Part shown: positions 29,061 to 41,087 of the stretch, one piece after another
Position numbering within the stretch: the first letter of the stretch is position 1
Layout of the letters: each line of letters opens with the position of its first letter
NCBI GenBank assembly: GCA_009914755.4
Contig: CP086569.2
Coordinates: 8,544,001 to 8,608,000, forward strand
Length of the DNA stretch: 64,000 bases
Reading direction: 5' to 3'
Source of the DNA: the human T2T-CHM13v2.0 reference genome, Homo sapiens
Program-made: the position numbers and the translations under genes
The notes under the pieces: model-generated
Seen by the model: the letters and a program-made list of their open reading frames with translations, nothing else
Database searches by the model: none
Told to the model about the DNA's origin: nothing

Positions 29061-29350
29061 GTTTTTTTTTTCTTTTTCAGATGGAGTGTAACTTTATCGC
29101 CCAAGCTGCGGTGCAGTGGCTCCATCTTGGCTTACTGCAACCTCCACCTTCTGGGTCCAAGCTCTTGTCCTGCCTCAGCCTCCTGAATAACTGGTATTAG
29201 ATAAGTGTGCACTACAGCTGGCTAATTTTTTGTATTTTTGGTACAGACAGCGTTTCACCATGTTTGCCAGGCTGTTCTTAAAATCCTGATCCACCCTCCT
29301 CCGACTGCCAAAGTTCTAAGATTACAGGCATGAGCCACTGCTCTCAGCCT
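29061..29350 (-). mobile_element. Alu SINE (antisense), diverged
   Basis: tttttttttctttttcagatggagtgtaactttatcgcccaagctgcggtgcagtggctccatcttggcttactgcaacctccacc…aagattacaggcatgagccactgctctcagcc. Confidence 0.8.
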
Positions 29351-29589
29351 ATCAGATTTAATTCATGATATGAATGGAAGCACTTTAAACCTCATACTTT
29401 TGGGAAGTTAAGTGTATAAAATGTAAAACCACAGCATAACGTTTCAGACAGGGGATTGCTTAAAGGTGTAATAAATCATCAAATGATAAAAATAAAAAGA
29501 TTTGGACTTAAATAACTAAACCAATTAATTTTTCTTTTTATTTATTTATTTATATTTATTTTATTATTATTATTTTCTTTTTTTGTTTT

Positions 29590-31012
29590 TGTTTTGTTTT
29601 GTTTTTTTAATTGATCATTCTTGGGTGTTTCTCACAGAGGGGGATTTGGCAGGGTCATAGGACAATAGTGGAGGGAAGGTCAGCAGATAAACAAGTGAAC
29701 AAAGGTCTCTGGTTTTCCTAGGCAGAGGACCCTGCAGCCTTCTGCAGTGTTTGTGTCCCTGGGTACTTGAGATTAGGGAGTGGTGATGACTCTTAACGAG
29801 CATGCTGACTTCAAGCATCTGTTTAACAAAGCACATCTTGCACCACCCTTAATCCATTTAACCCTGAGTGGACACAGCACATGCCCCAGAGAGCACAGGG
29901 CTGGGGGCAAGGTCACAGATCAACAGCATCCCAAGGCAGCAGAACCCCTCCCAGTACAGAACAAAATGAAGTCTCCCATGTCTGCTTCTTTCTACACAGA
30001 CACAGCAACAATCTGATTTCTCCATCTTTTCCCCACCTTTCCCCCCTTTCTATTCCACAAAACCGCCATCGTCATCATGGCCCGCTCTCAATGAGCCGCG
30101 GGGCACACCTCCCAGACGGGGTGGCGGCCGGCAGAGGGGCTCCTCACTTCCCAGAAGGGGCGGCTGGAGAGAGGTGCCCCCCACTTCCCGGACGGGGCGG
30201 CGGCCGGGCAGGGGCTGACCCCCAACCTCCCTCCCGGACGGGGTGGCTGCCGGGCGGAGACGCTCCTCACTTCCCAGACTGGGCGGCTGCCGGGCGGAGG
30301 GGCTCCTCACTTCTCAGATGGGGCGGCTGCCAGGCGGAGGGGGGCTCCCCACTTCTCAGATGGGGCGGCCGGGCAGAGACGCTCCTCACCTCCCAGACGG
30401 GGTCGCAGCCGGGCAGAGGCGCTCCCCACATCTCAGACGATGGGTGGCCGGGCAGAGACGCTCCTCACTTCCTAGACAGGATGGCGGCCGGGAAGAGGCG
30501 CTCCCCACTTCCCAGACTGGGCAGCCGGGCAGAGGGGCTCCTCACATCCCAGATGATGGGCGGCCAGGCAGAGATGCTCCTCACTTCCCAGATGGGGTGG
30601 CGGCCAGGCAGAGGCTGCAATCTCCGTACCTTGGGAGGCCAAGGCAGGCAGCTGGGAGGTGGAGGCTGTAGCTAGCTGAGATCACGCCACTGCACTCCAG
30701 CCTGGGCAACATTGAGCACTGAGTGAAGGAGACTCCCTCTGCAATCCCGGCACCTCGGGAGGCCGAGGCTGGCAGATCACTGGCGGTTAGAAGCTGGAGA
30801 CCAGCCCCACCAACACAGCGAAACCCTGTCTCCACCAAAAAAATACGAAAACCAGTCAGGCGTAGCGGCGCGCGCCTGCAATCGCAGGCACTCGGCAGGC
30901 TGAGGCAGGAGAATCAGGCAGGGAGGTTGCAGTGAGCAGAGATGGCAGCAGTACAGTCCAGCTTCGGCTAGGCATCAGAGGGAGACCGTGGAAAGAGAGG
31001 GAGAGGGAGAGG
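29590..31012 (-). mobile_element. SVA composite retrotransposon (antisense): poly-T, SINE-R (HERV-K-derived), GC-rich VNTR (~30080-30620), Alu-like, (CCCTCT)n hexamer (as gagggagagggagagggc at ~30985-31010)
   Basis: …tttttttaattgatcattcttgggtgtttctcacagagggggatttggcagggtcataggacaatagtggagggaaggtcagcagataaacaagtg… (SINE-R rc); VNTR units ggcggctgccgggcggaggggctcctcacttc(c/t)cagac; …ggagaccgtggaaagagagggagagggagagggc. Confidence 0.85.
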
Positions 31013-31321
31013 GCACCAATTATACTGATTATACAACCTAAAGAAATGAAATACATGAAATTCCAGAAGTTTTACAGTCCATAATTCTTACAATTAACAG
31101 ACTAATCTGCAATGAGGAAATATTTTCTTGATAAAATTTTCACAAGATCTTAATTTTTATAGGGTAAGGGTGCAAATAATTTTAAAGGGAGAAGTTGCCA
31201 ACTTTGATTTTCAAGTGAATTATTCATATTATGAAGTTGTGTTTTCATTCACCTATAATGTAGGATTGTGAGGATGAAGTGAAAAAATAAAACTCCCTAG
31301 TCTTGTGTATCTTACTGCCCA

Positions 31322-31612
31322 GGTGTGATGGCTCAGGTCTTTATTTCCAGCATGTTTTGAGTCCAAGGCTTGCAGATCATTTTAGGTCAGGAGTTCAAGA
31401 CCAGCCTGGCCAACACCATGAATCCCCATCTCTACCAAAAATATAAAAATTAGCTGGGTATGGTGGTGCACGCCTGTAGTATGTTACAGTTAACTGGGGC
31501 ACTCAGGTAGGAGAATCGTTTGAACTGGGGAGCCTGAGGCTGCAGTGAGCTGATATTGCACCATGCACTCTAGCTTGGGTGACAAAGCGAGACTCCAAAT
31601 CAAAAATAATTA
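31322..31612 (+). mobile_element. Alu SINE (+)
   Basis: ggtgtgatggctcaggtctttatttccagcatgttttgagtccaaggcttgcagatcattttaggtcaggagttcaagaccagcctggccaacaccatg…ctagcttgggtgacaaagcgagactccaaatcaaaaa. Confidence 0.85.
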
Positions 31613-31675
31613 TATAAGTCAACACATATATAAATAATAAATAGGGTATCCTTCATTTCATGCACTTATCAATTC

Positions 31676-31985
31676 TTTTTTCTTTTTTGGACACAGTGTC
31701 TTACTCTGTTGACCAGCCTGGACTGCAGTGGCACTGTCAAGGCTCACTGCAGCCTTGAACTCCTAGGTTCAAATGCACAAGCCCCATTCCAGCCTCCCAA
31801 GTAGATGGAATTGCAGTCACACACCACTGTGCCCAGCTTTTGTGTTTGTGTGTGTGTGTGTGTTTGTGTGTGTGTGGTAGGGACAATGCTTTAGATAGAT
31901 TTTTCAGGCTGGTCTCAAATTCCCAGGCTTAAGTGATCCTTCTTACTTGGCCTCCCAAAATGTTGTGATTATAGCCATGAATCTG
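31676..31985 (-). mobile_element. Alu SINE (antisense) with internal (TG)n
   Basis: tttttcttttttggacacagtgtcttactctgttgaccagcctggactgcagtggcactgtcaaggctcactgcagcc…(tgtgtg)n…cctcccaaaatgttgtgattatagccatgaatc. Confidence 0.8.
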
Positions 31986-32782
31986 ACATAACATTTCTTG
32001 GTATGAGCGACATTACAGCTTCACTCTATTAATTCTTTTGGGACATACAATAAATCATTATTAAATGTACTCATCCTGTGCTACTGAACACTAGATCTTA
32101 TTCCTTCTAAGTAACTATAATTTAACCCAACCCCATCCCCTCTTTGATCCCTTCCTTACCAGTACACATTGCTTGTATCAAAATATCACATGTATGCCAA
32201 AAATACCTACAACTGTTATGTACAAATTTTTTAAATAAGTAAAATATCAATAAAATGATATCTCCAACAAGGTGATAAAATAGGAGGCCCTATTTTGTTC
32301 CTCCATCCACAAATGCAAAAAATAAGCCACACTGACATCAATTCCCTGTGAGATAAACTCAGAAATTAGTTGAGATACTCTTCCACATAGGATTATGAAA
32401 ATATTCACTTAAAAAGAGGTAAGATAAACTGAATCATGATCTTGTTCTAGAGTTTATCTCTGACACATTGCCCTAGAATCCATAGGGAACTGTTATTTCA
32501 CAGCTTCTCTCAGAGGACTGAAGTATTAATCCACATATGTAATGCCCCACTTGTTAACAGCTTCTTCTCAATGAAATGATTCCTCATTCGCCTGTTTCTG
32601 GATTCTAACATAGATTGACATTCATAACTCTCCTAGGACCTCCAAGATAAAAGAGGTATTTAAATAGACATTCAAGCACTTCTGAAACTGTTTCCTCCTG
32701 GTTTACAGGATCTGAAGCAGTCAAGAAAGCTCAGCTCCCACTTTGTGTCTTGAAGAACTTAGATTGTACATCTAACACCTTG

Positions 32783-33092
32783 ACTTTTTTTTTTCCTTTT
32801 TCCTTTTGAGATGGCGTCTTGCTGTGTCACCCAGGCTGGAGTGCAATGGCACGATCTTGGCTCACTGCAACCTCTTGCCTCCCAGGCTCAAGTGATTCCT
32901 CTGCTTTAGCCTCCCAAATAGCTGGGATTACAGGTGGCCATCACCATGCCAGGCTAACTTTTGTATATTTTAGTAGAGACAAGTTTTCACCATGTTGGTC
33001 AGGCTGGTCTCAAACTCCTGACCGCAGGTGATCCACCTGCCTTGGCCTCCCAAAATGCTGGGATTACAGGCATGAGCCACCGCACCCAGCCA
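32783..33092 (-). mobile_element. AluS-like SINE (antisense)
   Basis: tttttttttcctttttccttttgagatggcgtcttgctgtgtcacccaggctggagtgcaatggcacgatcttggctcactgcaacctc…gggattacaggcatgagccaccgcacccagcc. Confidence 0.9.
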
Positions 33093-34074
33093 TGTCTTGA
33101 CTTTTATAGCTTCTGCCCAAGTATCTTGCTTGTAATTCTCCTTACTTTTGAATCTCTCAAGGTCCTCTGAGAGCAGGCACGAAGGCATTTCTTATCAGTC
33201 TTCATCATCACTCACTCTAGCAATATACTCAGCTTCTAAATTTTCCTTCCAAGAAGTCAGAGTACCCAGCTATTGTCCTGACTTCTCAGGTTGCTGCCTA
33301 AGAGTTTGAATACTAATTTGCCAATCTCTGGAAGCTAATGAATCCCAGTTTTTTGTAATCTCAAGATTCTAAAGAGGAAAAAGAATTGTTTTATGAAAAC
33401 TCTGCATGATCTTTAAACTTCCCTATCGATATAGTTTGGATATTTGTCCCTCCAAGCCTTAGGTTGAAATGTGGTCTTCCACACTGTAAATGGCACCTAG
33501 TGTGAGCTGTTTGTTTGTGTCATGGGGATGGATGCCTCATAAATGGCTTGGTGACCTCGCCATGGTTTAATAAGTGAGTTTTCTGCTCTATTAGTTCCCA
33601 CAATGCAGCTTACATCCAAGTAAGTTGTTGAAAAGAGCCTGATACCTTCTCCCCTTCTCTCTCTTTCTGTCTCCACATGTGACATGCCTTATTTCCTTTT
33701 ACCTTCTGTCTTGAGTGGAAGCCTCATGAGGCTCTCATCAAATACAGATGCTGGCACCTCACAACTTTTACAGCCTGCAGAACCAGGAACCAATGGAAGA
33801 TCTTTTCTTTATAAATTTTCCAGTCTCATATTCTTTTATAGGAACACAGACTAAGACATGTATCTCTGGCTGCTTACTTGCCTATATCAGTAAGCAGTGG
33901 AGATCAGCATTTACTATCTCCTGAGTTCCATAGAGGACAAAGAGGTGGTTTTCAATGGTCCTGTGAGTGCTTCCTTATATCCAACCCTTGGCTTGCTCTA
34001 GCTTTCAGCTTCTCCGTGAAAGCACCCCAACCTTTTAAACTCCTCCCTTAGGACAAGTATTTTGTTGTTGTTTT

Positions 34075-34400
34075 TGTTTGTATTTATTTGTTTGTTTGTT
34101 TGTTTCTTGAGATGGAGTTTCACCCTGTCACCCAGGTCGGAGTGTAGTGACGTGATCTCAGCTCACTTCAACCTCCACCTCCTGGGTTTAAGAGATACTC
34201 CTGCCTCAACCTTCTGAGTAGTAGCTGGGACAACAGGCACATGGCACCAGGCCTGGCTAATTTTTGTTTTGTTTTGTATGTTTAGTAGAGAGGGGATTTC
34301 ACCTTGTTAGCCAGGATGGTCTTGACCTCCTGACCTCATGATATGCCTGCTTCGGCCTCCCAAAATGCTGGGGTTACAGGTCTGCGCTACTGTGCTCAGC
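34075..34400 (-). mobile_element. Alu SINE (antisense)
   Basis: …gtttgtttgtttcttgagatggagtttcaccctgtcacccaggtcggagtgtagtgacgtgatctcagctcacttcaacctccacctcctgggtttaagag…ggggttacaggtctgcgctactgtgctcagcc. Confidence 0.85.
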
Positions 34401-36097
34401 CTGGACCAGACTTAACTTGCCTGTTTCTAGGGTCTGATGCGACAGAACAGGCATTCTGTGACTCTGCTAATTCCCACCGTCTCTGCAAAAAACCTCAACT
34501 CACAACTATCCTTAGATACGGACACCTGAGTGAATGATTCTATAGCTTGGGATTGGATCTCTGACACATTTTTTTAACTGTAGAACTGAGAATAGCCACA
34601 CAGATAGGATAAAAGAACAGTTTTAATTTGATGCTTTTTCTCCTCCCCAAGCCAGCACAATGTTGCATACAAAAAATTCCCCTGAACTCACAGTTTCTTC
34701 ACAGAGGAGAGAGTTGAAGATGTACATTCTGTCCTTTCTTTTCCATTTTGCAATTCGTCACATGAAGTTCTCTCTAGTCTTACCCTGTGGGAAACAGTGG
34801 GGGTATCAGACAATGGCGGTCAATTAGAAACAAAGTACATGGGTGGGGCTCACAGTGACCATAACAGTAATCTTATTCATGGCTTTGCATTCCAGCCAGC
34901 AGAGTTGCACCATCAGAAAAACTAGGCAACAGCATCATTCTGCAGCAACCAACCATGGTTGATGGGTCTGCCAGGCTCAAATCACTGGCCAACTGACAAA
35001 TCCCACCCTGGTTTTCTCTGCAAAACTTCCAAGGCTGTGACAAAGAGGCAGCTTGGTGATTATCCACGGAAGGGTCATGTGACCCCACCCATTCCCAGCT
35101 GCCATACTTTTGACCATCCTAGCCCTGTATTCTCCACCCATCCCCAGGCTGAAAAGCAGAGGCAATTTAGTGGTTGAGGATGAATTTTCTGGCCCTACCT
35201 GGACCCAGTGGGCAAGTAGCTTATATAATAAGTCTTGGTACCCCTAGAAGGAAGTTCACTTCTGATATATCTAATGGAAATCACTGGGGCATTAGAATCT
35301 GTAGAGCACATGACTTTATTGAGAAACAGATAATCCCATGCTCAGCTCCAGCCCTTCCCACTGCTGTTGGGAAGCAACTACCCTGCTGGGAAAAGTGCCT
35401 GTCTGAGCTGATGAATGCAGTCTATCCAGGCTCTGTCCAGCAGAAAATGGATCTAGACTCTCCAGGCTTTGTCTCCTATAGGGATGACCCACTCTCAGCT
35501 CTGGCCCTTCCACTTTAGTCAGGGAACTCTATAATCCTTGAGAAACTTTCTGGGCAATGTGCAACTTTCTTAGGAGAGACCAGGATTTAAATGATCTGTT
35601 CAACAGCAGATGTCAAGGGATCTGGTTGTCAGCCCCAGGCCCTCTTGCTGCAGGCACAAAATTAGCCCATCTGTGCAGAGACCTTCCAGAATCATTAGTA
35701 ATAAATAACCTACAAGCCAAAAAAAAAAAAAAACACCCAGGAACCGACAGATTCCAGATGAATTCTACCAGATCTACAAAGAGCTGCATCATATTCCATT
35801 GTAAGAGTGATCCCAGTTTTTTCAACCGGTGTGCTTACACACACTCACTCAAAAAAAGCACACACCTATGTTTCATGTTTTCTCAAAAAGCTGCAGTGGA
35901 AATGCCAAGCTGGCCTCTGGTGTCTTCCAAAGGATCAGTGGGGAAGGACCCATTCCTTTGCTTGCCTTACATTGTCGCCAGCAGCCTTGTCCTCAATGGC
36001 AGTTGTTCAGTGGTTTCTTACGGCTCTCTAGAGAACCTGCAATTATATTTATTTATATGGTTTACAATATATTCTTAGCCTTTATCTCTAAACATGA

Positions 36098-36250
36098 GGC
36101 TGGGTACAATGGCTCAAGTCTGTAATTTCAGTACTTTGAGAGGCTGATGTTGGAGGATCCTCTGAGCCCAAAAGTCTGAGACTACAGTGATCTGTGATTC
36201 AGCCTGGTAACAGAGCAAGACCCTGCCTCTAAGTAAATAAATAATAAAAA
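36098..36250 (+). mobile_element. Partial Alu / FLAM-like fragment
   Basis: gaggctgggtacaatggctcaagtctgtaatttcagtactttgagaggctgatgttggaggatcctctgagcccaaaagtctgagactacagtgatctgtgattcagcctggtaacagagcaagaccctgcctctaagtaaataaataataaaaa. Confidence 0.65.
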
Positions 36251-36849
36251 TACAACTGATAGTAATATTTTTGTTTTACAGTTTTGGAAACACAAATTTC
36301 CTTGATCAGATAAATGAATACTTGATAGTCACTAACACAGCACATTTGCTTGTGTATGGGAACCAGTGCAGGAAAGCAGTAGGATTGGATGCTCTTTCCC
36401 CTTGATCTCTGAACATGTATATACTGTGATAATAAAGAGTGAATTTGGATCAGGGAGTCTTTCTGCCAGAGCCATCAAAACTGTGGAAATAAAACCCTCC
36501 ACAAGTCAGGAAACAAAACAGTCTTTACTGGTAATAGTAACTATAAAATCTTTTGCAGATTTCATTTCATTTTTAATTTAGTGTAAATTAGGCAGCATAA
36601 CACAGACTACCCTGCTGCTAGTAGTATGCAATTTAATGACAAAAGTCAATTAGACTTGGTTGTTTAAAACTACAGAAATCTTAATTAACATCATAGTTAC
36701 ATGAGTAATTTTGAAAATATAAACCAGCTTATTTTAAACTTTCAGTTAGTCCACTAGATACCGAAATATTATTTGAAACACATTTCAAAATTCATGTGGA
36801 TAATGGGCAAAATGACAAGCTTTTATTTTTATTAATTTCCTTTTGGTTT

Positions 36850-37095
36850 TATGCCTTTCATTCTCTCTTTTCTCCCTTTCCTCCCTTCCTTCTTTCCTTC
36901 CTTCCTTCCTTCCTTCCTCTCTCTCCCTTCCTTCTCTCCCTCCCTCCCTCTCTCTTTCTCTCTTCCTGCCTTCCTTCCTGCCTGCCTGCCTGCTCACCCT
37001 CCCTCCCTCCTTCCTTCCCTCCCTCCCTCCTTCTCTTCCTTTCTTCCTCCCTTCCTTCTTTCTTTTTTTCCTCTATCTCTGTTTCTCTCTTTGAT
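36850..37095. repeat. Polypyrimidine (CTTCC/CCTC/TCTC)n simple-repeat tract (~245 bp), mirror-repeat/H-DNA-prone
   Basis: ctttcctcccttccttctttccttccttccttccttccttcctctctctcccttcc…ccctccctccttctcttcctttcttcc. Confidence 0.9.
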
Positions 37096-37395
37096 TTTTT
37101 TTTTTTTAGGCAAAACCTTGCTCTGTCACCTAGGCTGGAGTGCAGCAGCATGATCTCATCTCACTGTAACCTCCCCATCCTGGGTTCAAGCAGTTCTCCA
37201 GTCATACCCTCCTGAGTACCTGCAACTGCAGGCATATGACACCGATCCTGGCTTTTTTTTTTAAATTGTATTCTTAGTAGAGACCAGGTTTTACAATGTT
37301 TGCTCAGGCTGGACTCGAACTTCTGTCCTCAAGTGATCCACCCACCTTAGCCCCTCAAAATGCTGGGATTCCCAGCATGAGCCAAAATGCCCACC
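37096..37395 (-). mobile_element. Alu SINE (antisense)
   Basis: ttttttttttttaggcaaaaccttgctctgtcacctaggctggagtgcagcagcatgatctcatctcactgtaacctcc…gggattcccagcatgagccaaaatgcccacc. Confidence 0.8.
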
Positions 37396-37439
37396 AAGTG
37401 TTACGCATTTCTCTCCTCACTCATCTCTCTTATCTCATT

Positions 37440-37745
37440 TTTTATTTTATTTTATTTTTATTTCTTAGACAGAGTCTCGCTCTGGTGCCAAGTCTGGAGT
37501 GCAGTGGTGTGATCTCTTCACTGCAAACCCTGTCCCCAGGGTTCAGTGGACTCTCCTGCATCAGCCTCCCAAGTAGCTGGGATTGTATCCATGGGCCACC
37601 ACACCCAGCTAGCTTTGGTATGATATTAGACATGGGATTTTGCTGTGTTGGCCAAGCTTGTCTCAAACTCCTGAGATCAAGAGATCACTCACCTTGGCCT
37701 GCCAAACTGCTAGGAGTGCAGGTGTGAGCCTCCATGCCCTGCCTC
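37440..37745 (-). mobile_element. Alu SINE (antisense), diverged
   Basis: ttttattttattttattttatttcttagacagagtctcgctctggtgccaagtctggagtgcagtggtgtgatctcttcactgcaaacc…gctaggagtgcaggtgtgagcctccatgccctgcc. Confidence 0.8.
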
Positions 37746-40700
37746 ATATCTCTTTTAAAGCTCAGTTGATTAGCAATATTGTCTTCCTGGAATGCTTTAT
37801 GTTTACAAAACAGCTATAGCACTATTATTTAGCCTCTTTGGATAAAGTATGGTAACACACACAACATATGTACATATGCACAGACACAGTCAGTGATCAA
37901 AAAAATCATTGTAGGCCAGGACCTAAAATGAAAGATGAGTTGCTGCAGTTGGCTAGTATTAAAGCAGACCAGATTTGACCCGTACCCAGCCAAGAGATGT
38001 GAACAGAGGCTTTCAAAAAACTCCATCATATACATGTTAGATTATTCTCCAGCCATATAGCAAGGGGACATTAAAGATCTGTTTGTGTTTAGAAGAGCCT
38101 GGATGGTTTGACTTTTCCAGGGTATTAGCATTCGTGACATTGGCCTTTAAAGCTCTCTGCAATTACTCAAATCAGTAGACAACTCAGTTTTTCTAGGAGT
38201 CTAAAGTGCTTTTCAAAATTATCTAAAACTTAATGGCTTAAAACAATAATTATAATTTACTAACTTCAGTCTTTGCAAACTTCCAGTCCCTCAGCCAAGT
38301 GATTGTGGTTCAGGGGCACTCAGAAGGATGCAATCTAGTGATGGCTGAGGACTGGGACATTGTTAGGTATCTTCTCATCTCCCTGGTGCCATGGCTAGCA
38401 TGACTCAAATAGCGGGGGCTGTACTGCTGAGATCCTTGGGCATCTCCTTCTATTTCTATGAGTCTCTCCATGGGATGTCCCTTCTGCATAGTGTTATTAG
38501 GGTGTTCGACTTCATGATGTACTGGTCCAGGGCTCCTGGGGGGTTTGTCCTCATGAAAGCAGGAGACTTAGGCAGAGCTGTGTCACCTTTTCTAACCTAG
38601 GCCAGGGGTGGCCCAGTATCCAGAAAATGCTTGCACTGTTTTCTATTCATTAGAAGCAAGTACTGTGTTCAGTCCCATCAGGAATATTTTCAAATGGGTT
38701 TGCAAAGAATTTCAGTGTTTTAGACCACTACAGTGGCCATGACTAATAATTACTTATTTTTATAAGTGCTGGATGGGTTTTACCCAACATAATAGCAGAT
38801 ACAGACTTTTAAGCTTAAAACCTAAATGTCATAGCTCCGAACATTTGGTTATATGTTGAAATAACTCTCAAGGAAAAATTGATTTAGAAATGAGAACTAT
38901 AAATAAATAAATGAGATAAACTCATAAATATCTGGATGAAATGCTTACAAAGAGGTCAGCCTGAAAAATGTCATGAAGTCTAATGTGCCACTATTTTACT
39001 ATTTCTATGGATATTATTTGGACAGGAGGACAAGGACTCAGGGGTCTGCTGGTCAGTCTCTGCACCTTGAAACAGCGGCTGGGGAACCAGGAGTAACACT
39101 TCCAGCCAACACCATGTGGTGAGGATGAGGAGTCCACCCAGGTTAAGGAGGATGTCAGCCAAATGTGACCTGAAGGAGAGTACACCTGGTATGACCAGGA
39201 TCAAGGTCTCTGGCACACATTGAAATCCCCCATGCCCAGCTGTGGCAGAGTGAATCACTCAGCTGGTGCTGGGTTTCCAGGTGTGTTCAGGAAGCAGCTC
39301 CCTGGGCTGGGAAGGATCCCCTCATTCCCTTGCCATGTGGGAGGGTGAGGCTTGTGGCCCCTGCTCTGTCTGTTCCCGCTCTTTACCTTCCCATTATCCC
39401 ACAGCTGGGTAAGGTGGCAGGACCCTGGAATGTAGAAGGGCCCTGGGTTGTTGACAGTGTCTGCGGGTGGCCATGTACTAGGAGGAGAGTCCTCACTGAG
39501 CCTCCCGTGAGCTTGGAGGCAGAGAAGGAACAGTCATGGGGCACTGGCTGTTCCAGAGTCCAGGGGCCTGTCCCAGAGAAGGCCAGGGGGACATTGTAAG
39601 CCTGTGGATCTGCAATCTAGGTGGAAGAGCTGTATCTGCCATGGCTGACATCATCAGGACAAGACACCCACTGGGTGGAGAGCTGGGCTTATGCATTTTA
39701 TCCCTGTCCTGAAGAGACTCTGCATGCCTGGCTCTCCTGGGAACAGTGATCCTGCGGACCCCTCTCTAGGACCACTCATGACCATAAGCTTAGGATCTTG
39801 TGTGCCTTGCTTCCAATCCACCCAGGTGACACATCCTGGAGAGGATATGTGAGGTGAAGCTCATGTGCGCACATGCTGCACTGGAACGGGGTGTCACCAG
39901 CCAGTTAGGCCACTGCTCACCAGGCCCTCTCCTGAGCTCCCACCTGGCTAAATGATAAGTGTCCCATCTACATGACCCCGCAGCCCAGGTTTCTCCTCCA
40001 CTTACCGACCCGCACCCTCCTGGGGAGAATGCCAGCCTCCTTGAGACTCAGGCCCTGCCGGACCCACATGCTGTCCTCTCTCATGGGCTGGACATGCTCT
40101 GGTGCATAGGGATTCCTGAATAGCAAATCCCAAAGCTCCACGGGTTCAATTGCTTCTTCTCTGAATACCTGCCTTCCCCGACCAAACACACAGGAAGACA
40201 CATACAGCTGCTAGGTTTTATTTCCCTCCAGGTGTCATTTCAGGTCCATGACATCTCCTCTAGGTAGCTTGCATCTGCCACCCATTTCCTCCTACCTCTG
40301 CCATTTGTGAAAACTATGAGGACTCTTCCCATCTCCCAAGAGTTCAGACTTCATGGGTCCTGAAGTTGGATTGCCAAACCTGGCAGTGCCCTGCTTGCCA
40401 GCTCAAGAGCTGAGTTTGAGGCACACCTCTGGCAGGAGTGTGGGCCCCCCTAAACCAAGGTACACAGTGGTACACAGCCACAGGTGTGCACACACAGGCA
40501 CAGCTCAGACACGCAGGCTGGAACATCTCCACACTCACACTGGTACGATTGAAACTGGCTGTCTACACCAATACTAAAGTGGACCTTAATGCTCAGCCAC
40601 ATTCCTTCACTACACACACACAGAAGGTCCCCTGTCATTTAATTGATCATCTATAAAGGGATTTATTTTTACTTTTATACTTTTTTAACTTACCAAAGTA

Positions 40701-41087
40701 TGTTGCATTCTTTCCCCCATCATGAAAAAGACTTTGATACAAGTAAGGAGGAAGAGCACTTTTTATAATAAAATGCTGTATCTGCATCTATATTAAGGCA
40801 TTTTACAAACTTTATGTCTATTTTTTAATGTCACAGGAGATGTCTCAGGGGCCGGGGAAGCATGAGTGAGGATGGCAGAGGGGAGAAAGCATGTCAGGGG
40901 AGGCTGGGGTCATTGAAACAAAACATGACACGACTGGGATAGCCATTCTAGAAGTATGTAGACCTAGGCGTGCCTCATGTGCACCTCTCTGTGGAGGGTA
41001 AAAGGGCCCTAGTGGAGGCCAAACTGAGCCCCAGGTGGTAGCAGGTATCAAGGCGCTGAAGGGAGCCAGGGAAGGATCATGTGGCCA

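Noticed and set aside
29881-30675. 264-aa + strand ORF (and overlapping 142-aa ORF) rich in Gly/Arg/Pro
   Set aside because: Lies entirely in the SVA VNTR (GC-rich ~36-49 bp tandem units); open frame is a repeat artefact
35557-36078. 173-aa + strand ORF
   Set aside because: Runs through an A-rich tract and what looks like an old repeat fragment (…attctaccagatctacaaagag…); no domain similarity recognised, no splice context
36796-37215. ORFs encoding poly-Ser/Leu/Pro and, on the minus strand, Arg/Glu/Lys-rich peptides; likewise 45235-45558
   Set aside because: Low-complexity translation of polypyrimidine/polypurine microsatellites
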